A stretch of 64,000 nt of DNA from Candidatus Sumerlaeota bacterium (GCA_016931035.1 JAFGFN010000140.1:1178-65177); one strand, 5' to 3'; shown: positions 17,796-28,326, counted from the first letter of the stretch. Translations and numbers: made by a program. Notes: a model not told the origin generated them from the sequence alone.

Positions 17796-17918
17796 AGTCG
17801 ACGACAGTCCAAGAGATCTGTGCGGACGAGCAGCCCTTTCCGTTCTTGGGAGTATTCCGGGTCTCCTCCGCCCAGGATTTCCGGAAAGGCCGTCTTCTCA
17901 CGTGAAAGGACCCACGGT

Positions 17919-18368
17919 ATGATTCTCGATGGAATCGAAAACGCCGAACGCTACGTTTCGCTTCATCCCGGTTTTGCGGAGGCGTTCGAGTTTCTGCGTC
18001 GGCCCGACCTGGCCGAGCTCGACGAGGGGAATCACGCGATCGACGGCGACCGAGTCTACACCGTCGCGATGCGCGGCCCGGGCCATCCCCATAGCGAGGC
18101 GCGGCTCGAAACGCACCGCCGCCATATCGACATTCAATTCCTGTTGAGCGGGCACGAGACCATCGGGTGGCGGCCCGACTCGATGCTTCGCAAGACGGAC
18201 GGCCTCTACAACTCCGAGGGAGACGCGCAGTTCTTCGCCGACAAGCCGCAGGCCTGGATATCGCTCGCTCCGAATCAGTTCGTCGTGCTTTTTCCCGAGG
18301 ACGGGCACGCGGGCATGATCGGCGAGGGCGAGATTCGCAAGGTCGTCGTGAAGGTCCGCTGCGACTGA
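17919..18368 (+). CDS. YhcH/YjgK/YiaL-family (DUF386) protein
   Basis: Start at Met58 of ORF 17748..18368. Cupin-like motifs GHETIGWRPD and FVVLFPEDGH. Confidence 0.7.
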   Translation: MILDGIENAERYVSLHPGFAEAFEFLRRPDLAELDEGNHAIDGDRVYTVAMRGPGHPHSEARLETHRRHIDIQFLLSGHETIGWRPDSMLRKTDGLYNSEGDAQFFADKPQAWISLAPNQFVVLFPEDGHAGMIGEGEIRKVVVKVRCD

Positions 18369-18377
18369 GATGCTCGA

Positions 18378-19523
18378 CTAGGAACCGGGAAGAAATCCCG
18401 CGAGAAACCGTGCGTAGCGCTCCGTGTCCGCGCCGAGCGTCATCTTGACGCGCAGGACGCGCAACGGGATCGAAGCGTCCCATCCTTCGTCCGAGTTTTG
18501 AAGGTCTTTCTCCGTTGTCACGACCCACTCGGCGCCCCGCCGGACAGCCTTGTCGGCGAGAGCCGAGAGATCGGCCGCCGACGGCCGGTAGTGGTCGGGG
18601 AACGCCTGTCGGCAGACGATCTTCGCTCCCAGGACTTCGAGGGTTTTCCAGAACGACGCCGGGTTGCCCAGGCCGCACCAAGCGGCGACGCGTCGCCCGT
18701 GCAGAGAATCCGCCGGGAGCGCGTTCTCGGGCTCCCGCGAGTCGAACAGGCCGGTCGGCTCGACTTCGGCGTGAAAGACGGTCAGATGGGGCGCGATGCG
18801 TTTGATGCGACTCAGAAGGTGGCGTCTGGAAGGCGCCAGGTTGCAGCGGGTAAACACGAGCGCGTGAGCGCGCCTGAGCGCGCCGAGTCCCTCGCGCAGG
18901 AGTCCTCGCGGCAAGAGCGCCGACGTGTCGGCGGAGCGAAGAGCGTCCCATAGAACGATGTCGCAGTCGCGCGCGAGAGCACGGTGCTGAAACCCGTCGT
19001 CGAGAAGGATCGCGGCGGGATCTGCGATCTCGATCGCCTTGCGGGCAGCCGCGGTGCGGTCCGCGCCGACTACGACGGCGACGCCGGGCAAGGACTGGGC
19101 GATCATCGACGGTTCGTCGCCCGCTTCGTCGCGCGAGGCGAGGACGGATCGACCGTCGCTCACCACGACGACCTCGCCGCCCGAGCGTCTGCGATAACCT
19201 CGGCTGACGACGGCGACTCGGCGTCCCGATTCGGCCAGGAGGCGCGCCGTCTCGATGACCATCGGAGTCTTGCCCGTCCCCCCGACGCTCAGGTTGCCGA
19301 TGCCGATGACCGGGCATCCCGCGCGACGTACGCGTTTGAGTCCGAGGTCGAACGCGAGAGAGCGCGTCGCCGCGCCCATCCACCAGCCGACGCTCGCGGC
19401 GCGAAGCGTCGCGGTGAGAAGAACCTCGCCGACGCCGCGGGGTCGGTGACCGTCCGCCAGGCGTTGGACGAGCCCCTCCACCTTTGAGAAGCGACTGGAT
19501 TTGTTGGACACGATGGCCGACAC
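18378..19523 (-). CDS. lpxK: Tetraacyldisaccharide 4'-kinase
   Basis: P-loop motif PVIGIGNLSVGGTGKTP. C-terminal EKD motif. Start codon is uncertain and could lie at a downstream GTG. Confidence 0.8.
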   Translation of the reverse strand: MSAIVSNKSSRFSKVEGLVQRLADGHRPRGVGEVLLTATLRAASVGWWMGAATRSLAFDLGLKRVRRAGCPVIGIGNLSVGGTGKTPMVIETARLLAESGRRVAVVSRGYRRRSGGEVVVVSDGRSVLASRDEAGDEPSMIAQSLPGVAVVVGADRTAAARKAIEIADPAAILLDDGFQHRALARDCDIVLWDALRSADTSALLPRGLLREGLGALRRAHALVFTRCNLAPSRRHLLSRIKRIAPHLTVFHAEVEPTGLFDSREPENALPADSLHGRRVAAWCGLGNPASFWKTLEVLGAKIVCRQAFPDHYRPSAADLSALADKAVRRGAEWVVTTEKDLQNSDEGWDASIPLRVLRVKMTLGADTERYARFLAGFLPGS

Positions 19524-19606
19524 CTTGCCGTTCGGGGGAATTCGATTGTGTGCGGCAACACGGAGGTTATATCATTTCTCTAATGAACGTGGCAAAAGGA
19601 AATCCC

Positions 19607-21097
19607 ATGGTGAAAAAACGGACGATCCTTCTCTTGGGCGTCTGTCTCGTCGGTGTTGCGATCGGCGTCGGGATCGGCCTCGCCGGTCGAGCTCGCGACG
19701 AGGCGGCGCGGACGGTCGTTTTCGGCGTATTCGACGGGGCGACCGGCGAGGGCGTCACGACGACCACCGTTTCCGGAGACGCGTTGGGGGCGCTTTCGAG
19801 CCGGGACTGGAAGATGGATCGCAGTCTTCTGAGCCGCGTTCCTCCGTATCGCCCGGAGGACCGTTCCCTCGTTTCCGATCTTCTGGACCTCCAGGAAAGG
19901 GAAGGCCGCGAGAACGCGCTATTATACTACGTGATCGCGGGATGGTTCTGGCGACCCCAAGTGAGCGGCGCCTTGAATCAAAAGCTGGACCGCGTCTTGG
20001 CGAGGAGCTGGGATCCTCGGGATAGGGCTCTCGACCGCTACCTGTTGGCTTTGCGACCCGTGTTTGCCGAGATCCGCAAGGGGGCCGCGCTCGACTATGC
20101 CCGCGGGATCGGCGCCTCGAAGGGGCCGAACACGCCCCTCCCGAACTACATCCTGTTCCGCAGCGCCGTCAAGGCGCTCTGCCTCGAGGGCAGGCGGCTC
20201 GAGAGTGCGGAACGATACTCCGACGCGCTCGACGAGTATCTGACGGCGCTCACCATGGGACGCGATCTCGGGACTCCCGACAACCTGCTGGTCTTGCGCC
20301 TGGCGTCGGTCACGATGCAGCGAATCCCACTCGAGATGATTCGGCGTCTGGCGATCGGCGGCCGCCTGGACCGTTCCACACTGGAACGGGTCGGCTCTCG
20401 TCTCGCGGAAATTGAGGCGACGCAGGAATGGTCGACGACGGCGACTCTGGCTCTCGAAGCGAAGAGCGTCGAAGTCACGTTCAAGATGATGGCCGCGGAG
20501 GTCGAGGCGGAGGCGCGGCAAGGCGGATCGTCCCTGTTCGGGGGGGGGAATTCTCCAAGTCTCGGACAAGCGCACAAGTGGATCGAGGGGATGAAGCCGG
20601 CCGAGGATTCCTTCAAGGCTCTCTTCGTCCACGAAACGAAGTATCTCGGCGCTCCCTGGTGGACCATCGATTTCGAGGCGTACCGGGCCGGAATCGGCGA
20701 GATCGAGAAGACGCGCCACAGCGGCGCCGGTCCGATGGCGGAACTGGCGGCGGACATCGCGACGCCCGATTTCATGGTCGCGTTCGCGGGAATCGAGAGG
20801 TTTCGCTCCCGGCTTCATCAGACCCGATTGGCCGTGGCGCTCGAAATGTTCCGAAGCGACCACGGGCGATACCCCGATTCGCTCGACGTTCTCGCTCCGA
20901 CCTACTTTGCCGGGGGGTTGCCGAGGGACTCCTTCTCGGGCAGGGATTTCAACTATCGTCCGACTCCGGACGGCGCGGGGTACGATTTGTGGAGCACCGG
21001 GCCGGACTGTCGGGACGACGAAGCCCGCATCGCGTACGACGCGTCGAACGGGACAACAAGCGCGGGCGATCTGATCTTTCCCGCGAGGGGCGAATGA
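19607..21097 (+). CDS. Membrane-anchored hypothetical protein (496 aa) with a C-terminal GspG-like pseudopilin core domain
   Basis: Start MVKKRT has an AAAGGAAA ribosome-binding site. N-terminal TM helix. The C-terminus (MFRSDHGRYPDSLDVL...GYDLWSTGPDCRDDE...GDLIF) resembles the type II secretion pseudopilin GspG fold. It lacks a prepilin G-F-T-L-I-E leader. Confidence 0.6.
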   Translation: MVKKRTILLLGVCLVGVAIGVGIGLAGRARDEAARTVVFGVFDGATGEGVTTTTVSGDALGALSSRDWKMDRSLLSRVPPYRPEDRSLVSDLLDLQEREGRENALLYYVIAGWFWRPQVSGALNQKLDRVLARSWDPRDRALDRYLLALRPVFAEIRKGAALDYARGIGASKGPNTPLPNYILFRSAVKALCLEGRRLESAERYSDALDEYLTALTMGRDLGTPDNLLVLRLASVTMQRIPLEMIRRLAIGGRLDRSTLERVGSRLAEIEATQEWSTTATLALEAKSVEVTFKMMAAEVEAEARQGGSSLFGGGNSPSLGQAHKWIEGMKPAEDSFKALFVHETKYLGAPWWTIDFEAYRAGIGEIEKTRHSGAGPMAELAADIATPDFMVAFAGIERFRSRLHQTRLAVALEMFRSDHGRYPDSLDVLAPTYFAGGLPRDSFSGRDFNYRPTPDGAGYDLWSTGPDCRDDEARIAYDASNGTTSAGDLIFPARGE

Positions 21098-21144
21098 CTC
21101 GCTCCGGCGGCCCGAAACACCTCCCCGGTTATCTCGATTTCGAT

Positions 21145-22455
21145 TCAGATCCCATAGATTTGCGCGAGGCGCGAGGCGAGGGCCTCGGGCGAGTGCTCGG
21201 AACGAACGTGCTCGGCGGCCGCCGAGGCGATCCGTTCGCGCAACGCAGGGTCGGCGACGAGGGCGTGGAGACGGTCGGCCAGGGCATCGACGTCTCCCGG
21301 CGGATACACGAGCCCGTTTTGTCCGTCGCGGACTTCTTCCTCGACCGTGCCGGTTTGGGAAGCCACCACCGCCTTCCCCAGAGCCATGGCGCGAATCAAC
21401 CCGGCGGAGCTGAACGCGATGCGCTCGACCGGGGCGAACGGCAAGACGAGAATGTCGATGGCGGCCAGACGCCGGTCGCGCTCGGATTCTTCGATGAAAC
21501 CGGGAGAGAAGTCGATCCGGTCGCGATAGGGCGAGCGCGCGATTCGCGCGCGGACGCCCTCGAAGAACGATTCGGTTTCGACTCCGCGTTGCGGGGCGCC
21601 GAAGATCGCGAGGTTGGGGCGTGCGCCGTCGGGCGCCTCCCGCGCGAGACGTTCCGAAACGCGATCGAAGGCGTCGAGCAGGTCCCCGATCCTCTTGTCG
21701 GGACCGAGAAAACAGAACATCCCGATCGTGGGAGACGCGACGTTCCGTTCGGGCCGCGGAACGGAGGCGGACGCGTCGTCGCTCGCGAAAACATGAGCGA
21801 TCCGAACGAGCTCGGGACCCCGGAACAGGGGCGCGCCCCGAAGGGCGTCGAGTCCGCCCTCCTTAAGAACCAGGGCCGCGCGGCATCCCGACACGAATCG
21901 TCTTTCGACGCGTCGTTTCCTCCACCCGACGACGGTCTCCGCCATCTTGGTGAGTGCGACGTTCGCGATCCGCACGGGAGTCCGGCCCTCGAATTCCGTC
22001 CGGACGTAGCGATAGGGGTTCGAACACAGCGTCGGCGGATCGTGGATCGTACAGAAGAATCGGGCGCGGGGCAGTCCGCGCATCAGCGCCCACCCCGTCC
22101 AGAACTCGCGATGGAGCGCGTTGCCCTGTTCGACGTGAACGATCGCGTTCGATCCGAATCCTCGATAGAGCCGCGCGTGACTCGACGCGTCGCGGACCGC
22201 GCGCTCGCGGTCGGCCTTCGAATCGATGCGTTCGGAGACGTCGGGAGACGGAAGGGTGACAACGTGCGCCCCCTCGATGCGCCGCAGCGCCAGTTCGAAA
22301 TGGTCGGCGTACTCGGCTATGGCCGTGCGGCGAGGGTCCGACGGTCGGACATAGAGAATCGTGGGGGTCTGAGGATCGGATCGAGCCATTGCGCCTATAT
22401 GCCCCTTCGACGCCGCGGGATCGGCCGCGCCGAGCACGATGCGATCTTGCACCAA
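21145..22455 (-). CDS. Glycosyltransferase family 1 (GT4-like)
   Basis: C-terminal GT1 motif (ILVLPF, GLIRAMALGKAVVASQTGTVEEEVRDGQNGLV). The start may be internal Met23 at 22389. Confidence 0.7.
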   Translation of the reverse strand: MVQDRIVLGAADPAASKGHIGAMARSDPQTPTILYVRPSDPRRTAIAEYADHFELALRRIEGAHVVTLPSPDVSERIDSKADRERAVRDASSHARLYRGFGSNAIVHVEQGNALHREFWTGWALMRGLPRARFFCTIHDPPTLCSNPYRYVRTEFEGRTPVRIANVALTKMAETVVGWRKRRVERRFVSGCRAALVLKEGGLDALRGAPLFRGPELVRIAHVFASDDASASVPRPERNVASPTIGMFCFLGPDKRIGDLLDAFDRVSERLAREAPDGARPNLAIFGAPQRGVETESFFEGVRARIARSPYRDRIDFSPGFIEESERDRRLAAIDILVLPFAPVERIAFSSAGLIRAMALGKAVVASQTGTVEEEVRDGQNGLVYPPGDVDALADRLHALVADPALRERIASAAAEHVRSEHSPEALASRLAQIYGI

Positions 22456-22570
22456 CCGGCGGAGCGTTTTCCACCTCTGTTTCGACCGCGAGCGTTGACT
22501 TTCCGCGTCGGGCGCGTAAGGTGGAGCGAAGCGCGTGAGGATTCCTATCGACGGGAGGCGTTGAGGATCG

Positions 22571-23485
22571 ATGGCGACACCGACTCTGGTTGTGTTGGCG
22601 GCGGGGATGGGGAGCCGCTACGGCGGGCTCAAACAGGTGGACCCGGTTGGGCCCAACGGCGAGACTATTATCGACTATTCGATCTACGACGCGATCCGCG
22701 CCGGATTCGGCAAGATCGTGTTCGTGGTTCGTCGCGACATCGAAGCGGCGTTTCGCGAGACGTTCGGTCGCAAGTTCGAGAAGCGCGTCGCCGTCGAGTA
22801 CGTTTTTCAGGAACTCGATTGCCTGCCCGTCGGATTCTCCGTCCCTCCGGAGCGCCGCAAGCCGTGGGGAACGGGTCACGCGGTCCTCGTCGCCGAGCCG
22901 GGGGTTCGCGAACCTTTCGCGGTGGTCAGCGCCGACGATTTCTGCGGCGCCGATTCGTTCCGTCTCTTGGCGGACCATCTGAAGGAGGCGCACGACGACG
23001 CGTCGGGCGTGGGCGATTGGTGCATGGTCGGGTTCACGCTTCGCAACACGCTTTCGGACCACGGAACCGTTTCGCGCGCCTTGTGTCGTATGGACGTGGA
23101 GGGCTACCTGCACGGGGTGGAGGAACTCACCCGAATCGAGAAGGCGGGCAAGGGGGCGCGCTACACCGACGCGCTGGGCCAGGTTCATCCCTTGACGGGC
23201 GACGAAACGGTTTCGCTCATCATGTGGGGTTTCACCCCGTCGGTCTTCACTCTTCTGCGAGACGAGCTCGACCGCTTTCTGCGCGCGCGCGGCGACGATC
23301 CCCAGGCCGAATTCTTCCTGCCCGACGTGGTGGACCGCGCCGTTTCGCTGGGTCACGCGCGCATGAAGGTGCTTCCGACGAGCGAATCGTGGTTCGGCGT
23401 GACGTATCGCGAGGATCGCCCGCGCGTGATCGACAGCATCGGGCGACTGATCGAAAGCGGCGTTTATCCCGAGAAACTCTGGTAA
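22571..23485 (+). CDS. Sugar-phosphate nucleotidyltransferase family protein
   Basis: N-terminal LAAGMGSRYGGLKQ nucleotide-binding loop. About 300 aa. Diverges from the GT1 gene. Confidence 0.65.
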   Translation: MATPTLVVLAAGMGSRYGGLKQVDPVGPNGETIIDYSIYDAIRAGFGKIVFVVRRDIEAAFRETFGRKFEKRVAVEYVFQELDCLPVGFSVPPERRKPWGTGHAVLVAEPGVREPFAVVSADDFCGADSFRLLADHLKEAHDDASGVGDWCMVGFTLRNTLSDHGTVSRALCRMDVEGYLHGVEELTRIEKAGKGARYTDALGQVHPLTGDETVSLIMWGFTPSVFTLLRDELDRFLRARGDDPQAEFFLPDVVDRAVSLGHARMKVLPTSESWFGVTYREDRPRVIDSIGRLIESGVYPEKLW

Positions 23486-23495
23486 TCGTCGGCCC

Positions 23496-23906
23496 TCAGA
23501 GGATTTCGTCTTTTCCGAAAAAGAGAGGAATCTCGCGCTCGGCCGACTCGGGGCTGTCCGAGCCGTGGACGAGGTTTTCGCGCGTCGAGAGCGCCAGGTC
23601 GGCGCGGATCGTGCCGGGAGCGGCTTCGAGGTGGTTGGTCGCGCCCATCATCTGTCGCACGACCTGGATGACGTTGTCCCCTTCGAGAACCATCGCGAGC
23701 GAAGGCCCGGAGGCGATGAACTTCTCGAGGGGCGGGTAGAAGTCCTTATCGACGTGGTCCTTGTAGTGACGGCGCGAGAGGTCGGCGTCGAACCGGACGA
23801 GCTTCATCGCGGCGATCCGCAATCCTCTGTTCTCGAACCGGCGGACGATTTCGCCGACGAGACTTCTGCGCACGGCGTCGGGTTTGATCAGGACGAGGGT
23901 TTGCAT
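23496..23906 (-). CDS. ndk: Nucleoside diphosphate kinase
   Basis: 136 aa. Motifs NVIHGSD-like (NLVHGSDSPESAEREI) and YKDHVDKDFY. Confidence 0.9.
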   Translation of the reverse strand: MQTLVLIKPDAVRRSLVGEIVRRFENRGLRIAAMKLVRFDADLSRRHYKDHVDKDFYPPLEKFIASGPSLAMVLEGDNVIQVVRQMMGATNHLEAAPGTIRADLALSTRENLVHGSDSPESAEREIPLFFGKDEIL

Positions 23907-24054
23907 GGGAGGCAGGAACTCCTAAGTAGATTGACGACCAGCGCAACCGGCGAAGCGAACCGGGCGGGTTATGATGGGTGAACGCCCGGATACCCGCAAC
24001 AGAAATCTCGCTCGACGCAGCGGCGTCGCTCGTTCTGGCGGTCCGTTCTCTCTG

Positions 24055-24140
24055 TCATGACGAACTGAGCACTGTCTGGCGCAGTGTTTAGAGTACAGGC
24101 TTCAGCCTGCTCTTCATAGGCGCAAGAGCAACCAGAAGGT
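24055..24140. repeat. Degenerate family A repeat copy (GAGTACAGGCTTCAGCCTGC unit)
   Basis: Contains the 20-nt unit plus a partial inverted partner GTTGTACTCTGAAC. Intergenic between ndk and the 1010-aa gene. Confidence 0.55.
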
Positions 24141-24177
24141 TGTACTCTGAACCTCTCGTTTCGGAGTGGATGGACCG

Positions 24178-27100
24178 CTAAAACGATTCGGTCGAGGGCT
24201 CGGTCGTTTCTTCCGACTCGGAAGACTCGGTGTCGGTCCCCTCCTCACTCTGCGCCTGGTCCTCCTGCGTCGGCTCGGCGGGAGGCGGCGGCGCCTCGGG
24301 ATCGAACGTTTCGATCTCGCATCCGGAGAGAAGACCGAACGGCTGGAGGCGCTCGCGTCCCGTTTCGCTCGGGGGACGGGCGAAGTCGAGCGACGAGACC
24401 AGCTCGATCTCGATCGTGTGGCGCGTTTCGCGCAAGAGGCGCGTGATCTCGGTGCGGAACGGCGGCGCGATCGACATTTGCGGCTCGTGCTCGCCGATGC
24501 GCACGCTCACGCCCGCCGAACCGATCTCGTGCAGGTTGACGAAGTAACGTTCGCGCTCCCGGGGTTCCAGGTCGAACGTTTGACGCAGTCTCAACCGTCC
24601 GGCGTAGAACGGGTAGCCCTGGTCGGCCAGGCGGCCGGCCCGAAGCGCCTCGGGTTCTTCGGACAGAACGATCCGGCCCTCGACCATCGTCACCGCGAAA
24701 TCGCCCGCCAGAATCGGCGCCTCCACGACGGCCGGTCCCGAGGACCAGGGATAGCGCACCTCGAGGACGTTCTTGCCTCGACGCGCGAGCGGAGCGATCT
24801 CGAACCGACGAAGACGCGGATCGACCAGGGGTTCGTCTCGCTCGTTCGTCGCAATCTCGCCGTTGACCCGGATCTCCATGCCGTCGACCGGCTCGACGAG
24901 CGCGTCGAGACGACGATTCGTTTCGGTGAACAGGGTTTGCGATTCGAAGGGGAATGAGAGCGTCACTTGGTGGGGACCGATGTCGGCGTGGAGACGCCGA
25001 CTCAACGCGGCGCGGAGCTCATCGACCGGTTGAACCGGACCGACCCTTTTGTCGTCGAGGGCGGCGCGACCCGATTCGAGCGGGGCGAGGTTCGGGCCGG
25101 TGCGTTCGTACTCCCACCGGTCTTCGAGGGCGAAGCGTGACGTCGCGTGAGGCAGGCGCTGATGCGCGGGCTCGGTCGGTTCCGCCTCGCCGCCGACGGC
25201 GAAGAGGACCGATGTTCCGGCGCGAAACGTGAATCCGAAGGTCCGCGCGCCGCGCTCGTCGTCGGCGTCGCGCAGAAGAATGCGCGGGGTCCAGGCGTCG
25301 AGGATTCGGATCGCGCCTTGGGCGTGGATACTCACCCGGGCCTCCACGTCGCGGTCCGCCGACGTGTTGCAGACAAAGAACATCTCGTGGGTTGCGCTGC
25401 GGCGTTGGAGTATCGCCAGAGAATCCGCCGTCCGATCGCCGAGCGGCCGGATCTGGATACGGCGCGGTTCGAGACGACTGTATTGAAAACACACCTCGCG
25501 TCCCGCCCGCTCGACGACGAAGACGTTCTGGAACTCGTCGGCCAGGTCTTCGAGCGCGGTCGAGGTCTCGAAATCGACCCTGGCCGCGATGGGTCGCGCG
25601 AGAATCACCGCTCCGCCTCGTCGCGCGAAACGGCGAATCTTGCGAACCGTCTCGGCCCGCCACGAGACGGCGGGGGGGACGACAAGGGTCGTGTACTCGC
25701 CGCCCTCGCCGATCCGGAACGCATTGAGATCGGCCCGCCCGCGCAGGTGGAGCGTTTCCTCTTCCGCGAGGTCGAAGTCGATCGAATGCGCCTGGAGTGC
25801 GTCCAGTAGGTTGGAGAATTGCCTCTCAACCTCGCCCGCGCGGTCCTCGACGCGGCGAGGGCGGCTTGGTACGGCGGCGAGATTGGGAGGAAGAGGCGTG
25901 CAAGCCGACGCCGCGATCGATTCCGACGGCGCGAGAACCAACAGACTCGCGACCCTTCGTCCTTGTCTCAGAAGATCCCCGTACCGGCTCAGCTGGGCGT
26001 TCAGCGGGCCGAGCAAAGGCCACCACGGCTGTGCCGGACTCACGGACGTCGCCGTGGGAGAGCGATCCACCATCACATGCGACGCGCCCGCCGCGACCGC
26101 CCGTTCCGCGCGCGCAACGAGGTTCTTCAAAACGTCGACGCCGCCCGTTTGGAGGCCGAGCCGACAGGCGACGCCTGGTCCCTGGGTCTGGGTCGCCGCC
26201 GAAAGCGCTTGGCGAAGGGACAGAGTCGACACGGTCGGGTTTTCGGTCCGATCGAAGACCGTGGGTAGGTCCATCGTCTCGAAGAACCGCGCGAAGGGTC
26301 CCCAGCCTTGGACGATCTGCGCCGTCAGCGAACCGTTGCGATCGAATCCTCCGGCCAGAAGCCAGTTTCGCTCGTGGAGCCATTCCGACAGGGGTTTGAC
26401 AAATCCGTCGAGGAAGAGGTCGGCGACGAGACTTCGCATTCGCCAACGAAACGACTCTGCCCCCGGACCGTCGAACCAAAGGAGCGGAAGGAGCGGAATC
26501 GGATCTTCGTTCCATTTCTCTCTGTAGCGTTCCGCGACCGCCGGGTTCCATGGAAACGAACCGACGTCCGCGCCGGGCGGTTCGGGGAGGTTGACGAAAG
26601 CGATCCTTCTCGCGCCTGCCCGCGACTCGGGAGAAGCGAGCGGAAGGAACGGCTCGAACGCGGTCTCGATCAGACGGCGACTCGTGTCGCGGTCGAGCAG
26701 ATCGACGGAGCAACCGGTCGGATCGTTCGCCTCTCGGACGACGGAGACGGCGACCGGGAGGTCGGAGGCGTCGTCGGGCGGCGGGTTTTCCGTCGAGAAG
26801 ACTTCCAGGCCGTTGACCGCCTGGCCTTCGGCGAGCGAGAGACAGTAAACGCCGAGTACGTCGGGACGCGCGGCCTGTTTCGCGGCGTCCTTGGGATTCA
26901 GACAGCGTTCGATTTGGAGGCTCTGGGATGCGGACGACGGATTCTCCCGAAGGACGATGCGCGCGGCTTCATCCCATCGCTCGACCACGGCGTGGAGGGC
27001 AAACGCCGGTCTGTCCGCCGTGTCGAGGTCGGACAAGTTCAGGCCGGCGGGTCGTTCCGTCGGGCGAAGGGCCGCGCCGCCGAAGCCCGCGTCGGCGATC

Positions 27101-27207
27101 TCGCGCAACGCTCTCTCGATACCCTCCCGGGGAACGTTCCCATTCACCCAATACTCTATGATCGGGGCGGAACCGGTCTCGGGTTCCATCCAGCGTGCAA
27201 GATCCAT
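24178..27207 (-). CDS. Large hypothetical protein (about 1010 aa), possibly glycoside-hydrolase-like, with an acidic Ser/Glu/Thr-rich C-terminal tail
   Basis: Start at Met30 (MDLARWMEPETG) with a GAGGTGG ribosome-binding site. No confidently recognisable family motif. The C-terminus is PPPPAEPTQEDQAQSEEGTDTESSESEETTEPSTESF. Confidence 0.6.
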   Translation of the reverse strand: MDLARWMEPETGSAPIIEYWVNGNVPREGIERALREIADAGFGGAALRPTERPAGLNLSDLDTADRPAFALHAVVERWDEAARIVLRENPSSASQSLQIERCLNPKDAAKQAARPDVLGVYCLSLAEGQAVNGLEVFSTENPPPDDASDLPVAVSVVREANDPTGCSVDLLDRDTSRRLIETAFEPFLPLASPESRAGARRIAFVNLPEPPGADVGSFPWNPAVAERYREKWNEDPIPLLPLLWFDGPGAESFRWRMRSLVADLFLDGFVKPLSEWLHERNWLLAGGFDRNGSLTAQIVQGWGPFARFFETMDLPTVFDRTENPTVSTLSLRQALSAATQTQGPGVACRLGLQTGGVDVLKNLVARAERAVAAGASHVMVDRSPTATSVSPAQPWWPLLGPLNAQLSRYGDLLRQGRRVASLLVLAPSESIAASACTPLPPNLAAVPSRPRRVEDRAGEVERQFSNLLDALQAHSIDFDLAEEETLHLRGRADLNAFRIGEGGEYTTLVVPPAVSWRAETVRKIRRFARRGGAVILARPIAARVDFETSTALEDLADEFQNVFVVERAGREVCFQYSRLEPRRIQIRPLGDRTADSLAILQRRSATHEMFFVCNTSADRDVEARVSIHAQGAIRILDAWTPRILLRDADDERGARTFGFTFRAGTSVLFAVGGEAEPTEPAHQRLPHATSRFALEDRWEYERTGPNLAPLESGRAALDDKRVGPVQPVDELRAALSRRLHADIGPHQVTLSFPFESQTLFTETNRRLDALVEPVDGMEIRVNGEIATNERDEPLVDPRLRRFEIAPLARRGKNVLEVRYPWSSGPAVVEAPILAGDFAVTMVEGRIVLSEEPEALRAGRLADQGYPFYAGRLRLRQTFDLEPRERERYFVNLHEIGSAGVSVRIGEHEPQMSIAPPFRTEITRLLRETRHTIEIELVSSLDFARPPSETGRERLQPFGLLSGCEIETFDPEAPPPPAEPTQEDQAQSEEGTDTESSESEETTEPSTESF

Positions 27208-27333
27208 TCGTTGTCCACCTCGCGAAGAACTCGCGACGCGGGGGTAGGCCGTTTCGGCCCGTCGCCCCCGCGCCGCTTGCGGAAAGCGACACACTATAAC
27301 CGAAGAAATCGAGGGGATTAAGAGAAAAAGTCC

Positions 27334-28275
27334 CTACCAGAACAACCGAATCAGGAGGGGCACGGTCGCGACGGACAGGACGGTCGTCGAAACCGCGGCG
27401 CTCGCGGCGAAGTCGGGCGATCCGCCGTAGCGCCGGGTGAGAATCGTCGCGCTGACCGCCGCGGGCATCACCGCGATGATGAGGATCAGGCGATAGGCGT
27501 CGCGAGAAATCGGCAGGAGGCTCAGAATGCCGATGACCAGGAGGGGGATGACGCCGAGGCGGAGGAAGGTGGCGTAGGCCACGTCGCGGCCGTTCGAGAA
27601 CGAAGGCAGCGGATAGAGCGTGGCGCCGATGAGCAGCAGAATGATCGGCACCGCCGTTTGGCCGATGGCCCCGGTGATCTGGAGAAGAAGCGACGGGAGA
27701 AAACGGTTCAGGCCGGTCAGGCAAACCGCCAACGCGAGGAAGACGGCCAGGATATTGGGCGTGAGGAGGTGGCGCGCGCCTTCCCGGAGTTTCGCCCCGC
27801 CCAGAATCCACACGCCGATCGTCCAGTACCCGATGGTCGATCCGAGGTTGAAGATGAAGAGCTGCGCCAAGGCGATTTCACCCCATTGTCCTTGGCGGAT
27901 CAGGTTCTGAACGATGATGATGGGAAGGAATCCGTAGTTGTTGATGGCGCAGAGATGGAGAAACGTCTTGCGGATATCGACGTCGCGTGTCCGGAGTCCG
28001 CGTCGCAGGACGAGACCCGCCAGAGTGCTGAAGACGATGATCCCGAGCGCCAGAAAAGGCAGAATCGCGAACTCGACGAAGCGACTTCGGTCGAATCCCC
28101 GGACGATCGAATCGAACGCCAGGAAAGGGAACAGGATGTCGATGACGAAACGCGACCAGCGCCCCAGCTCTTCCTCGCGCACGTAGCCGCGCCACCGGGC
28201 GATCCACCCGACGGCGAAGATGCCGAAGACTTGAGCGATGGCCAGAACGATGACGACGACGATGGCTCGGTTCAT
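27334..28275 (-). CDS. AEC-family (auxin efflux carrier / malate permease-like) transporter
   Basis: About 10 TM helices. Typical membrane-transport family length and topology. Confidence 0.75.
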   Translation of the reverse strand: MNRAIVVVIVLAIAQVFGIFAVGWIARWRGYVREEELGRWSRFVIDILFPFLAFDSIVRGFDRSRFVEFAILPFLALGIIVFSTLAGLVLRRGLRTRDVDIRKTFLHLCAINNYGFLPIIIVQNLIRQGQWGEIALAQLFIFNLGSTIGYWTIGVWILGGAKLREGARHLLTPNILAVFLALAVCLTGLNRFLPSLLLQITGAIGQTAVPIILLLIGATLYPLPSFSNGRDVAYATFLRLGVIPLLVIGILSLLPISRDAYRLILIIAVMPAAVSATILTRRYGGSPDFAASAAVSTTVLSVATVPLLIRLFW

Positions 28276-28326
28276 GACAAGACAGGGGCGGGATGCCCGC
28301 GCCGCGCCGACAGGGCGAACGCGGGC

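Noticed and set aside
17467-19383. 638-aa Arg-rich ORF on the minus strand
   Set aside because: It overlaps yhcH on the opposite strand and lpxK in another frame. The sequence is RRRS-type low complexity.
20428-23739. 1103-aa ORF on the plus strand
   Set aside because: It spans four well-supported genes (the pseudopilin-like gene, GT1, NTP-transferase and ndk) in other frames or on the other strand. Its composition is Arg/Gly-rich. It is a high-GC artefact.
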